The notes under the pieces: generated by a model | Told to the model about the DNA's origin: nothing | The model's input: only the letters and a program-made list of their open reading frames with translations | Databases searched by the model: none | DNA from: Chiloscyllium plagiosum | Taxonomy: Eukaryota | NCBI RefSeq assembly: GCF_004010195.1 | Contig: NC_057719.1 | Location: 14,258,364 to 14,322,363, forward strand | DNA length: 64,000 nucleotides | Reading direction: 5' to 3' | Program-made: the position numbers and the translations under genes | In this document: in pieces, positions 35,695 to 48,766 of the stretch | How positions within the stretch are numbered: position 1 is the first letter of the stretch | Layout: each line of letters opens with the position of its first letter

Positions 35695-37745
35695 GTTATG
35701 CTGGAACAGTGTAAAAGTGGTCACACCACAGCTGGAGTACTGTGTGCAGTTCTGGAATCCACAATTTAGGAAGAATGTGATTGCACTGCAGAAGAGATTT
35801 ACCAGATGGTTGCCTGGGCTGAACAGTTTAAGATACTAAGAGAGTGTAGATCGCTTGGCGTCATTTCCCTTGGAGCAGAGGAGATGGAGGGAGGACATGA
35901 CTAAGAAGTATAAAATTATGAGACTGGGTAGACAGGAAGGAATTTTCCGCTTGGTGGAGAGATCACTGACCAGGCCATAGTTTTCAGAAAAGGAACAGGA
36001 AGTTTATAGGGAACATGAGGGATAACAATGTTCACGCAGTGGGTGGTGAGAATCTGGAACTCACTGCCTATAAAGGTGGTTGAGGTAAAAACCCTTATAA
36101 CATTTAAGAAGCATTCAGATGGACACTTGAAATGCTGAGATATACAACACTAGGGGCTAAATGCTGGAAAATGGGTTAAGAATAGTTAAGTAGTTATTTC
36201 TGACTGGTGCAGATTTGATAGACTGAAAGATCCTTTACTGTGCTACAGACCTCTGTGACTCTGCATCATTTTCTCTAATAAACTTTTAGGAATGAGTGAC
36301 CACAATATGATAGAATTTTACATGTTGAAAGTAAGGGTACTTCTATCTGAAGAAAGGTGTTAAATGTGAATAAGAGAAAATGATGAAAACATTATGGACA
36401 AATTGGCTGGATTGGGAAAGTACGTTAAAAGGCATCTCTGTACACAGGCAATGGATAGTCCTTAAAGAATGATTACACGATTTACTACAACTATACATTC
36501 TTTCAAGATGCAAAACCACAAAATAAAGTTCAAGTCAACCATGGCTGACAAAGGAAGTTAAGAATTACACCACATTGAAAAACAAACGCTAGAAATGGTA
36601 ATAAATCTGAGGACTGAGATTTTTGTTTTTTCAGAATGCAGCCAAAATGGCCCCAGAAACTGATAAGGAAAGGAAAAGCTGAATGTGAATACAACCTCTC
36701 AAAAGAAAGTAAAAAAATCACACAACACCAGGTTATAGTCCAACGGGTTTATTTGGAAGCACTAGCCTTTGGAACAACCACCTGATGAAGGAGCGGTGCT
36801 CTAAAAGCTAGTGCTTCCAAATAAACCTGTTGGACTATAACCTGGTGTTGCGTGATTTTTCACTTTGTACACCGCAGTTCAACATCGGCTCCTCCAAATC
36901 ATGCCAAAAGAAAAACACTCAAACCTGAAAAAAGGAAACATTTACGTAAGACAGATGTGGATCCATTTCAGTTCGTCAGGAGAATTTGCACCGGGGAATT
37001 GAGAAATGGTAGAGCAGTTGAATTAATTAATTTGCAACTGTTTTCACTGAGGAAGATGCAAGAAATCTCCCAGAATCAGGGATTCAAGTAACTAGGAGTG
37101 AAGGAACTTAGTATTTGTAAGAAGGATGTACTGGAGAAATGATGGAGATGAAACTTGATAAATCAGAATGTTGGAGGTGGCTACAGAAATAATTGATGCA
37201 TTGGTGATTATCTTTCAAAATACCATAGAATTTGGAATAATTCTTGCAGATTTGAAGCTAACAGATGACACTTCATTATTTCAGACAGGAAGAAGAGAGA
37301 AAACAGGGAACTATAAACCTGTCAGCCTTACATCAGTAACAGCTAAAATGCTAGCAGTTATCATCTTGATAAATGGACCTTTGGATTAAAAAAATGATCT
37401 CATTGGGCATAATAAGCATACATTTGCAAATGGAAAATCTTGATAGAAAAGGTAGACACAGGAAAGATGTTTTCTCTGTTTAGGGAGTCTAAAACAAAGG
37501 TGCACAATTTAAAATTAAAGGGTGGGAGTTGCCACTTAGAAATTACGTGGGGGTTAAGATTTTTGGAATTCAAAAGGGCTGTGTAAATTCAATTTTGAGC
37601 ATATTAGAGTAGAAATTGGTAGATTTCTATTTTCAGTAGTCTAAAGCATTATAGGGATAGTGCGGGTTAGAGAAATTGAAGTATTTGATTAGTCATATTA
37701 AATAATGGAGCAGGCTAAATGCGCTACTCCTGGTTCTATATTTCT
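35695..37745 (+). mobile_element. Cluster of degenerate CR1 LINE fragments
   Basis: PQLEYCVQFW, SDHNMIEF, PWLTKEV, GNYKPVSLTSV motifs. Confidence 0.8.
36709..36904. mobile_element. Palindromic element (family B)
   Basis: Arms aaaaatcacacaacaccaggttatagtccaac.ggtttatttggaagcactagc and reverse complement. Flanking caaaagaaa repeat. Confidence 0.82.
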
Positions 37746-37844
37746 AACTGACACCACCTGAAATTAAACTCAATATTCATTGAATTAATTCCCGATGACT
37801 AGGATACAATTCACTGTTAGAGAGCAGTCAATGATTTCAATTAC

Positions 37845-37964
37845 CGTTACACTGTCCTGATGGAGCCATGATGTAACCCTCTTCACAGTCACAGTGATAA
37901 GAACCTGGGGTGTTGATACAACGTCCTCTATGGCACAAATGAGCCTGAGCACATTCATTTATAT
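37845..37964 (-). CDS. LTBP2: LTBP2 exon: cbEGF ([40 protein letters not shown])
   Basis: 120 nt, ttgcAG/GTAATT, phase 1-1. SYHCxCxxGYIM matches recalled human LTBP2. Not translated in the ORF track. Confidence 0.92.
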
Positions 37965-39417
37965 CTGCAAAGCAAGAAATCAGGAAAGAAAAGATTAATT
38001 TTTAATCAGTTATGCTGGCAATAATAATCTAAAGGATTTTTAAATTCACTGATGGGATGTGGGCACCACTGGCTAGGCTGTCACTCTCACTTCAGCTCTG
38101 GAATTCAACACTTCTGTCCATGTTTGAATCAAGGCTATAATGAAGTCAGGGGTTGAGTGACCCTGGCAGAACTCAAACTGGGTGTCGGTGAGCAGGCAAT
38201 TGCTGCTTGCTAGTCACTGTTGATGACACCTTCCATCGCTTTACTCAAGGCCTTTGATAAGATCCCTCACAGCTAGGTGCCAAGAAAGTAAAAGTCCACG
38301 GGATACAAAGGCATGAAAAGTGAATGAGAACAGGAGTTCTGCAAGGTCAATGGCTGCAATGGAGATCCAGGAATTTCAGTTATTGCAAGAATGCTGGACT
38401 TGGAGGACCACAATCTTGCAAGTAATTGGGAAGATGCACTTGGGAAGAGTGATGAACCTATTCAGCAAATATTTGAATTAAATTAGCTTTATTGTCACAT
38501 GAGTACAGTGAAACATTTACAAATAACCACTTACAACACCACCTTGGGTACTAAGGTATCTAGGTGCAGATTCTTAAATGAGAAAAATTTGAAAAGTACA
38601 GAAACAAGAAATTCAGCACTAGCTACAAAAACATATAGAAATAAATCAGAAAAAAAAGTCCAGGAGTATAAATATGACTGTAAGATTTATTGTTCACTGC
38701 TCTTCAAGCAGATTCAATATGGAAGTATCAACTTAGAGTCAGGAAAACTAGAAATTGATGAAGGAGCAATACACCTGGTTTAATTTTCAGCAATGAATTC
38801 CAAAAGTATTTTGTGCCTTGCATTGTGACAGTGATGGGAGCAATGCACTGGTGATCCCATCAAATCACATCATTAGTATCAATATGTTGACTTTACCACC
38901 AAAACAGCAGTGGCACATTTGCTTCCAATTTGCAGGAATCATTGCAGAATGGAAGATGATCATCAATGTATCAGCTATCTCTGTAGTCTCCCCACTGTTT
39001 AAGAAGCAAAGCTTTTCTCCGTAAGTCTTAATCTGAGGGATTCATGTCTCCTGAGAATGATGGAGGCAGTGTCAATTACAGGAGCAATCCATCAGGGACA
39101 GAAACAGTATTGGGGTGAGGCAGCAAGTAGCAGTTGTTCAACAAACAGATAAACCATGTTCTTACCAATCACAGAGGAAACCTGGGAGTCCAAGTGCCTA
39201 TTCTGGTTCATAATTTGTACGCTTGCATGTTTTAACAATTCAAACCCATAATCCTTTCTAAGAATATAGGTTACAATTTTTTTAGAAGGTCTTGGATAAT
39301 GAAACAAAACTTCTCATATAAACCTATACTTTTGTTTGATTTCACTTTGGTTTTCGAATGTGTTGAGTATCACATCTCATTCCAGTTTCAAGGGAATATA
39401 ACTTCAGTTGTATAGTT

Positions 39418-39748
39418 GGGTGGCACGGTGACTCAGTGGTTATCACTGCTGCCTCACAGCATCAGGGACCCAGGTTTGATTCCAGCCTCAGGTGACTGTG
39501 TGGAGTTTGTACATTCTACCTGAGTCTGCGTGGGTTTCCTCCCACAATCCAGAGATGTGCAGGTTAGGTGAATTGGCCATGATAAATTGTCTATTGTGTT
39601 CAGAGATATGTAGGCTAGGTGCATTAGTCAGGTGAAATGTAGAATAATAGGATCGGGGAATGGGTCTGGGTGCAGTACTTTTTGGAAGGTCAGTGTGGAC
39701 TTGTTGGGCCAAATGGCCTGTTTCCACACCGTAGGGATTCTATTCTAT
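39418..39748 (+). mobile_element. HE1-type SINE
   Basis: Head, body and tail recognisable. Confidence 0.9.
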
Positions 39749-41021
39749 ATTTACTGAAAATCACTGTTTACTGAGTAGATGAAATAGAAAAAGAGCAAGG
39801 AACCTACTTCCAGTGGGATCTTTCTGCTTGGCCATTGTTACATTGGCATAGGAAATGAAACATAAACCTGGCAACCTGGGAACCTCATGGAAATTCAGCG
39901 AAATCCTAAAGACGATGTGCTCTTGAGTAACCTTTAATGGATATTGTTACTTATCGCTGCACTTCTTAACAATCTGAGAGTCAATTTATTTGTTTTTACT
40001 CCTTGGAAGCTCTTGGAAATTTTATGCAAGTTGGTTGCATTCAAAGGGACCTCTTACAGCTCAGCCGTGTTTCCAGAGTTTGAATAACCCACTCTCAGAT
40101 TTAAAACGGCGCTCAGTCTGCCAAAGCTCAGATTCCTGAACCAAGCAAAGCTCAATATCTTATTAACAGTGTGTAATAAATAACACTTACTATATTATAT
40201 TGAAACAAGGTCCAGTACTGCAGTTGTTTATCAATTAGTTATGTATCCAACTGCATACAAAGGTTGAGCAACAAATTAACAATAGGCGAAAAATATGTTG
40301 CCAATTCTTAGATCCATAATTGCTCTCAAAAAGGGACTACATCAAAAGGTGAACTACACAAAACTGTCCCTAAATGGCTATATTGTAACCGGGATGCATG
40401 AGCCATTGACCAAAGTATTCTTTCAAGAAAAGAACCAACATGGAAATCAAAACTTACTTCATTCCGACAATATCTTTCATTTAATCACTTTCATCCACTT
40501 TACAGAATATATCCGATTTTGCTCACTAGCAATATGATTATTAATACAAAGGTAAACATTAATTTCCAGAATATCATTCTTAGGTGATGAGAACCATATT
40601 TATATAGATTTCAAGTTTGAAACTTCGCCAGTACTTAAAGGTCTACTGGGGTTATTGCCATTATTGTGCACGGTTTTGAGTAGTGTTGCACGTGTTTCCA
40701 TGAACACATTCCTATAAATGTTCACTTCAATCATTTTCTAATACATTTCCTTCATTAAAACATGATGCAATCTCTCTTGAACTTTTTTGTATTATAATTA
40801 AATGTACTGGCATAACTTTAAAGAGAGTCTACATTTTTTGATACAAACAGCTGTCTGCTCAGCACGAAGTCTCACAATTTCAGCAATGATGGTTATATAA
40901 CCTTCTATGTGTTAAACCTAAATCACTGCCACTGTAATATATACCATCCCTTCTAAAGTTAAGTCCAATTCTCCTGCAAGGACAAAGTACTGACATTATT
41001 CTGCACGTTTTAATTATCCAT

Positions 41022-41835
41022 TGTCATGAAGGTGTCTGATTTACACTTTTAGAGTTTTTTAAGTAGTGGCATATGTGATTGGTTACTTTTTTGATACTTT
41101 AAAAAAAACCTTGGTCAGACGTTCCTCTTGGAAAAAAGGGCTGATTTAGTACGAGCAGAACTGAATTGCGAATGGAATATTACTTTCATTGTAGTGCTTT
41201 ATGACAGATGGGGCAAAACTTAAGAGACATCAGTTTGTTTTTGGTTCAGGATAAACAAGATTTGATTTTAGCATAGAAAATCCAGGGATTAAATGTTTTC
41301 AGCTGTTCAGAGAAGACCTGAATAGAGTCAGAAGTAGTTTAACTCCGAAAACAGGAATATAGGAAAAACACAGATAAATCAATCACAAATTTTATTTCCA
41401 GACAAAGATTGCTTGATCAGAAATTGGCAGAGTATTAAAAAACTGAGAAAGTCTAGGCTCTCAGTTTTTTAGTTATTCGTGTAAGATGAGCTCACAGTTC
41501 ACAGGAAAGAACTAGGGAGAATCAGCTGTATCCAACTTTAAGGTTTAACATTGTTAGGAAATAAATCAAAACTTTCTTTTGCTGTGTTTAACGCTCTTTG
41601 AAATGGTGTTCTATATTCGATAACATTATTATTTGTTTTCATCTTTTGTGTAATAAATGCCTGTTCTATTGTTGAGAAAAAGTTCGGCAACATCATGCAA
41701 ATATATTTCAATGATTGACCAATAACTCAACTAAAATAAAAATATTTAATCTATCGAGTCTGATTTTATTCTGGGATCTGGTATGTTGGGTAATACCACC
41801 AGCATGCTCCATACCAGGTGGGGGCTGCTGCCAGG
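41022..41835 (+). mobile_element. Old 5' LTR followed by degenerate tRNA-Pro primer-binding site
   Basis: Starts tgtcatga, AATAAA near 41652, ends ...catacca at 41816. Followed by tgggggctgctgccagg (cf. TGGGGGCTCGTCCGGG). Confidence 0.5.
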
Positions 41836-42110
41836 TTTTGAATTCATTGACTTAAAGAGAGATGTGTCTTTTTTAAAAGAAGCAGGAATGTGGAGGTGCT
41901 TAAAATAATACGGGAGGATTGTGGTGAAGTTTCTTACATAAATTAATTTCCAAGATGGCTTTGAATGTTGTTAATATTCTGGGAATAGAAGACTGAACAA
42001 TTATCCATTTGAATTCTTGGTATAAAGTTAAAGTTATAAAGAGAAGGAAGAAAAAGAGAAGGAAAGAGAAATGGGAAAGATAATCAAAGGGACATGGAAA
42101 GGAAATGCAA

Positions 42111-42398
42111 GGACGGCACAGTGGTTCAGTGGTTAGCACTGCTGTCTCACAGCACCAAGGATACGGGTTCTATTCCAACCTCGGGCGATTGTCTGTGTGG
42201 AATTTGCACAATCTCCCTGTGTCTACATGGGTTCCCTCCAGGTACACGGATTTTCATCCATAGCCCCAAAAATGTGCAGACTAGGTGGATTGGCTATGGG
42301 AAATGCAGGGTTATGGGGTTAGGGTTGGGACTGGGTCTAGATGGCCGGTGTGGGCTCAGTGGGTCAAATGGCCTGTTCCACACTGTAGGGATTCTGTG
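42111..42398 (+). mobile_element. HE1-type SINE
   Basis: Head ggcacagtggttcagtggttagcactgctg, tail ttccacactgtagggattct. Confidence 0.85.
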
Positions 42399-42547
42399 AT
42401 GAAAGAGAATGTGAGAAAAAGAGATCTGAAAATATAAAATCTTGAATGAAAAAGGGGTGTAAATAAAAAAAATGCTTGATCTCAAAAAATATAGGGAAAT
42501 TAGGCAACATGTGTTGGATAGAGAAAAGCTTACAATGAGTTTAAAAG

Positions 42548-43005
42548 GGTGGCACTGGAAAAGCATAGCAGGTCAGGAAGCATCTGATGAGCAGGAGTGT
42601 CAACATTTCAGGCATAAGCCCTCCATCAGGAATATGGAAGGGGCAAGGGGCTAAGAGATAAATGGAGTTGGGTGCAGGGCTGGGGGATGTTGATGCTGTG
42701 TGGTTGAAGGGTCCCAAGGTAGAAGACACGGTGTTCTTCCTCCAGTTGTCAGGTAGTTTTGATTTGGGGGTGGAAGAGGCCCAGGACTTGCATGTCCTTG
42801 GAGGAGTGGCAGAGGGAGTTGAAATGGTTGGCTATAGGGCGATGGGGTTGTTGAGTGCTTGTGTCCCAGAGATGTTCCCTGAAATGCTCTGCGAGTTGGT
42901 GTCCTGTCTTCCTGATGGAGAGGAGACCACATCAAGAGCAACGGTAGATAAGATGGATGGATGTGCAGGAAAGTCTCTGCTGAATGTGAAAAGATCCTCT
43001 GGGGC
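42548..43005 (-). mobile_element. Penelope-like element 3' fragment
   Basis: Degenerate GIY-YIG (LYI.KTGHQLAEHFREHL...HFNS.CHS...LEEEH.VF.LGTLQP) plus family A terminal repeat. Confidence 0.8.
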
Positions 43006-43379
43006 CTACCATAGCTTACAAAAACGTACAGTATATAAACAAGAGTCAGTAGTTTGGAGGATGCACCAGATTCCATTAAAGGACTTGAGTTAACTAAAAA
43101 TCTATGCTTAGTGCATACTTTACTGAAGGTGAAGTCAAAAGATACTTCATCATATTTGAAAAGGTATCTGTGCATTTTGCTGAAACGTTTTAATAACTAC
43201 ATCCATAATTGCATGCAAATTTCATGAACCCATGAAAAAGTAGTTCTAAAGATTTATGAGCTTATTCCTGAAAATTATCAATTAAAACTCTGAATTACAA
43301 GGAAGAAAACTAATCAGATATTTGTAGAATTTTCAAAAGAAAAATAAATTCTATAGGATCATTGTTTTTATAGTTATGA

Positions 43380-44200
43380 AGTCAGAGAGGTCTCCAGCAC
43401 AGAAAAATAACCTTCAAATCCCATTTTCCAGTACTTGGCTCAAAACCATTGAGCATTGTAAATGTAAGTGAATACTTCTTTATGTTATGAAGCTCTCTGC
43501 CTCAACCACCTTTACAAGGCAGAGAGTTCCAGATTCTCACCACCCTTTGGGTGAAAAATGTTTTCCTCACATCTCCTTTCAACATCTTGCCCCTTATCTT
43601 AAATTTATGGCCCCTGGTCATTGGTTCCTCCACCAAGGGGAAACTTTTAATGTATGCCCCTTACAATTGGATCCATATCTATCATGTACCCATCAGTCTC
43701 CTCTATTCCAAGGAAAACAACCCCAATCTGTCCAATCTGTTTTCATAACTGAAATCCTCCAACACTGGCAACATCCTGGTAAATCTCCTCAGCACTCTCC
43801 CCAGTGCAATCACATCCCTCTGATGGTATAATTTCGAGAATGCAGATCATGATCTAGCTCTGGCCTAACTAACATTTTACACGGTTCTAGCATTATCTTT
43901 CTGCTCTTATCTCTATGCCTTGGTCAAGTATACCACATGCCACTTTATCTACCAGTCTCACTATTTTACGTGACTAATGGTCATGCACTTCAAGGTCTCT
44001 CTGACCAGGGTCCTGGGCATCATGTATTCCCTTGCCTTGTGTGTTCTGCCTAAGTGCGGCACCTCACGCTTAACCAGATTAAACTCCATTTGCCACTGTT
44101 CAGTCCATCTGACCAACCTATCCATATCCTTCCATAAGTTAAATCCTCACTATTTATCAATCCATCAATTTTTGCATCATCCATGAACTTACTGATCAAT
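43380..44200 (-). mobile_element. Degenerate CR1 LINE 3' fragment
   Basis: FFTQRVVRIWNSLP and WQMEFN motifs on minus strand. Confidence 0.8.
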
Positions 44201-45573
44201 TCTAACTGATCAAGTTAGAGAAACATGTTGAGAACAGAAGGGAAATCATGTTTCTGGAAGAATTGAGAATTAGTGTTCCTGAATACGTGAAAGCTTAGTT
44301 AAATAAGCATCCAGCATTAAAGATCTGTAAAGCAGACACTCTGTTAGATACTGATGATATCTCAAATAGGTAGTTACAGGTGGGGTGACAGTCATATGGA
44401 AATCTATAAGGAAATCAGAGGAATAGAAAATCTGCCCAGATGGAAGAAGCATTTGTTTCAGGAACAAAAAGATGTTTGCCCAAGTTATGAAGGAGATTGG
44501 GCAGAACCGAAAAGTGACATGAAGTAAATAATATGCATCCGTTGTCTAAGACAGGTCACACCAAAGCCAACTGATGCAGGTTAAATCAGAGCAGTACTAG
44601 AAATGTCTAAGGAATCATCAGGAAAGAAAAGTGTTAAAACTGTAGCAGTGAGATTACACACATGGAATATCCTGCAGAACTTGGCCACATCCTTACGCAA
44701 TTCCAGCCAAAAAAAACATTTTAGTATGTTAGCTTGTGTTTTTTAATACCGCAGTAACCTAGCATTTTATGAGCCCTTCATGAAATACGAGTACTTAGCT
44801 AGACCTAGAACCTGATTGAACACTACTCATCCTCATTGGCTGGATTTACATGTTGTTATCAATGAGTATGGCTGCTGAATCCCTTTTTAGATTTTCTTCC
44901 AACATTTCCACTAAGAGAAATGTCATTCCTAACGGTAAAGTGCCGTAGTCCCATTAGGGACAACTGGTGGTGAGTTGAATCTGAGGGTGACCATGCCTCA
45001 AACTAGCAGTGAAGTTGAGAAGGCACCATGTTCATGGTAATCTCAGCTGGTACAGGAAATGAACCAAGCTGCTGGTATTACTTCACACTGCAAACCAGCT
45101 GACCAGCCAACTGAACTAACTGACCCCCCTTATTTAACACCTCACGAAGAGTAAGCGCCTCTATCGCTAATGTACTTTTTCCGACCCATTGATCTTTTTA
45201 GCTTTTCAAGTTCAAGGGCAGCATTCATTTTTCTGATCAGAAAAATTCCAAAATAAAGCAAATAATTGTGGATGCTGGAGATCTGAAATAAAACAGAAAT
45301 TGCTGAAGAAATTCAGCAGGTCAGGCAGCATTTGTAGAGAGAGAGTAGAGTTAGCTTTTTGAGTCTGCTGACTGTTTGTTAGAAACTGTTAGCTGTTAGG
45401 AGAAAGTGGTATTTATGCTGAAGGTGAGGTTGGAGGTGCTGGGGGACAGGTGAGCGGATTGATGGAGATGGAGCCTAAAGAGAGATGTGAAGGGGTTAGG
45501 CAAATGAGGCAATTATTGATAGGCCACGAAAGCTGAATAAGGAGGAGAAAAAAAAGCTTGGGGTGGAGGAACC

Positions 45574-45856
45574 TGTTGTCCATGACAGGGCTCAGCTATA
45601 TTGGGTGCTACAAGCTAGACAGAGACTTATTGATGCCTAGTTCCAATAGACAAGAGCTGACAGCAGCAGACCATCAGGGACAGTAAAATATTCATCGGCT
45701 ATGATGCTGAAATCTGGTTTGCACTATGGCAGTGAACCTTAGCATCTATTGGTTTTGTTTGTGTTCAGTTTTGCTGCCTGTAAATAAAAGTTCATGCTTA
45801 TATTTATCCAATCGCTTGTCCGTACGTGATGTTCTCCTTCTGAAGATCAAGCTACA
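45574..45856 (+). mobile_element. Possible short solo LTR
   Basis: Begins tgttgt, AATAAA near 45783, ends ctaca. No clear TSD. Confidence 0.3.
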
Positions 45857-46768
45857 GATTTACAGTGGGCATTGTGTGCAATGTAGTACTGACTTAAAGA
45901 ATGAAGATATGGAGAGTTAAAGTGTGCAGTGTGGTGGTTCCACTAAGACTAGGGCGAGAGAATGGGGTTCTATGTAAGAGGGAGTGCCAGCTGTGCCAGC
46001 TACATATCATGTGTACAGTGGCTGTGCTATGATGGTGCCTGTGAGGGGCATCATCAGATTGTTAATAAATGTCAGGATGCATAGCTTCCTTTCAGTAGAT
46101 ATTCATTGAACTGGTGAGTGGTCCTGGGAATGTCATGTTGTAAGATGACACCGTGATTGGGCATAGGGGTGCCCTGGGGCAGGGCGCTTACTTCATGCAG
46201 TGAGGTTGGGTAAGTTACAAGAGGCCTCACAGTGAAGCGTCCTCCAAAAATAACTCAAGCAACTTGAAATTAACCAAAAGAAAACAGAAGGTTCAATCCT
46301 TTAATTATGCCAACAACCCTCAGAAACCACACTCAGAAGCCAATTTTACTGATGGTACCAGCTGGCAGCAGTGTAGCTTTGATTGCAAAGTCTAAATTAT
46401 CAATATAAATATAGAACAACAATGGGCCTATCAGTGATCATTGGGGGATCCTACAAAACCATCCACTTTGAATTGTTAGTCTCTGCCCCTCCTGCCTGCT
46501 TTCTTATTTGCAACAGCTTAGCTGTCCATTCTGCTAGTTGTCCTCAGTTCAGTATTTTCATTCCTCATTCATTAAGCTTTTACAAGGTGCTTTCCAGAGA
46601 TTTGCTTTGGAAATGTAGATGCATTACATCTTCCACCCTTGTGGAATCTCTCTCTGCCATCTCTTCAATTAATTCCTTGTAGCTCATCAAGCTGAAATTT
46701 CTCTCTTGAACACCAAGGTGACTATTCATTATAATATTGTTCCTTTACAGCTGCTATTCTATTTCTTG

Positions 46769-46920
46769 ATTTGGAGATGTCGGTGTTGGACTGGGGTGTA
46801 CAAAGTTAAAAATCACACCTACAATCTTAGACTCCACAACCACCTGATGAAGGCGCTCCGAAAGCTAGTGCTTCTCAATAAACCCGTTGGACCGTAACCT
46901 GGTGTTGTGTGATTTTTAAC
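46769..46920. mobile_element. Family B element with short inverted arm and intact hammerhead-like core
   Basis: TSD attctatttc(t/c)tg at 46756-46768 and 46921-46933. Confidence 0.8.
46841..46870 (+). ncRNA. Minimal type I hammerhead ribozyme-like motif
   Basis: cac-CTGATGA-a-gg(cgct)cc-GAAA-GC-TA-gtg: all core nucleotides present, stem I cac/gtg, stem II shortened to 2 bp. Activity unknown. Confidence 0.5.
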
Positions 46921-47134
46921 ATTCTATTTCCTGCTTTGGTGAGGATATCATTATCATTCCCATCATCATGGTTAGACTTTGTGATTTCCTGATGCAAAGA
47001 GATATCCATGGAGAGGCAAAACCAAGTGGATATTTTGTGTAACTGGATCATAATGGTCTCCTTGAGGAATAGTTGATGTTTAGAATGTAACCAGTATGGT
47101 GCTCCATTTGCTTTGGTCCCATTATCTTGACTTA

Positions 47135-47946
47135 CCATATATACTCGATTAATAGTCAAACTTATTTGACTACTTCTTAAGGTTAAGTTTATGGGGTTGC
47201 CTATTACATGGATACTACTTTTGAGGGACTGAAATTCATGCTCATCGAAATTCATACCGTATCATTAGCAGAAGCCCAACTGATCTGTAACAGGCTGGAC
47301 CTGTTTTCCCTGGAGCATTAGAGGCTGAGGGGTGACCATATAGAGGTTTATAAAATCATGAGGAGCATGGCTAGGGTAAATAGACAAGGTCTTTTCCCTG
47401 GGGTGGGGGAGTCCAGAATTAGAGGACATAGGTTTAGGGTGAGATGGGAAAGATATGAAAGAGACCTAAGGGGCAACCTTTACACACAGAGGGTGGTATA
47501 TGTATGGAATGAGCTGCCAGAGGAAGTGGTAGAGGCTAGAACAATTGCAACATTTAAGAAGCACCTGGATGGGTATATGAATAGGAAGGGTTTGGAGGGA
47601 TTGGGGTGGGTGCTGGCAGGTGGGACTAGATTGGGTTGGGATATCAGGACGAGTTGGACCGAAAGGTCTGTTTCCATGCTGTACATCTCTTTGACGCTAT
47701 GACTCTAAAGAAAAGAAAATGAAATGCGGTATTTCTGAAAACCCGGAGTGGATCAAAACCCAGAGTGGACTGGAAGACTAGGAGCAGAGTGGAGTTACCG
47801 GCACATTGACTCATAAACGTTGATCTGTTATCTGTAAAGAACTAGGGTCAACTTTCACACATGATAAATGTAACGATCCAGATTATTTGGCCAAGAATAG
47901 GGGGTCGACTTTTACATGAGATTGACTATTACTCAAGTATATACGG
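47135..47946. mobile_element. Non-autonomous Tc1/mariner (Tc2/pogo-like) DNA transposon with nested CR1 3' end (about 47292-47706, +)
   Basis: 25-bp TIRs ccatatatactcgattaatagtcaa / ttgactattactcaagtatatacgg with 3 mismatches. TA at both flanks. Confidence 0.85.
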
Positions 47947-48635
47947 TAAGTATGATGCCAAAGGATTTCTGCTCATTCACAGCTTGTGCTTTAGATTCCT
48001 GTCTATTTTCACTACAAGTGAGAATAAGTAACTTGGATGCACGCCCTGCTGAAGCAGACGGACATTACTATGATGCCTTGCTGTCTAAAATTGGATCTTT
48101 AGCCCCAGTCCAATTTTTGAAGGGAGTTCCTCAAGTATCCAAAGTAGAAAAAAGTATCTATTTCTCTAATGCAATCATGATAAAAATTGGCATCTTAAAG
48201 CTTCAAAAGCATTTACATATCTATTAGTAGTACTCTGCATAAAAGCACATTGGTATCGCTTGCACTGAATTGCTGGGATTTAAGAAAGAGTCACATTACA
48301 TTGGAGATGTGGACAGAAGCGAATGGAGTGGAGATTCAGTATAACAAGAATTCCATTCTGTCCTGCGCTGTTGCCCATCCAGATGTTTCTGGTTCCTGAT
48401 ACATAGCTAGCTTTTCGATATGTTGACAGAGCCAGGGATCTGAGGAGTTGTTGCCATTGTCAGTTTGTGTACGATAATGTGAGCAGGGCACCATAGAGTG
48501 TTGTGCCTCTCAGGAGTAGCACACTGGAAACTGATCCCTGCTATTCCTGAAGTCCTCACTAAAGTTAAAGATTTTAAAAAATATCCCAAGATTACTAAAT
48601 ATACCTGACTTTCAGACCAGGGTGACAAAAAGCAC

Positions 48636-48766
48636 AGGCAAAAGTGAGGACAGCAGATGCTGGTGATTAGAGTCAAGAGTGTGGGGCTGGAAAAGCACAG
48701 GTCAGGGGGATTCTCCTGCTCCTCAGATGCTGCCTGACCTGCTGTGCTTTTCCTGCAACACATGCT
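48636..48766. mobile_element. Palindromic element (family A), centre deleted
   Basis: Arms ggaaaagcacag / ctgtgcttttcc. TSD tgacaaaaa(a)gcac at 48623-48635 and 48767-48780. Confidence 0.75.
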
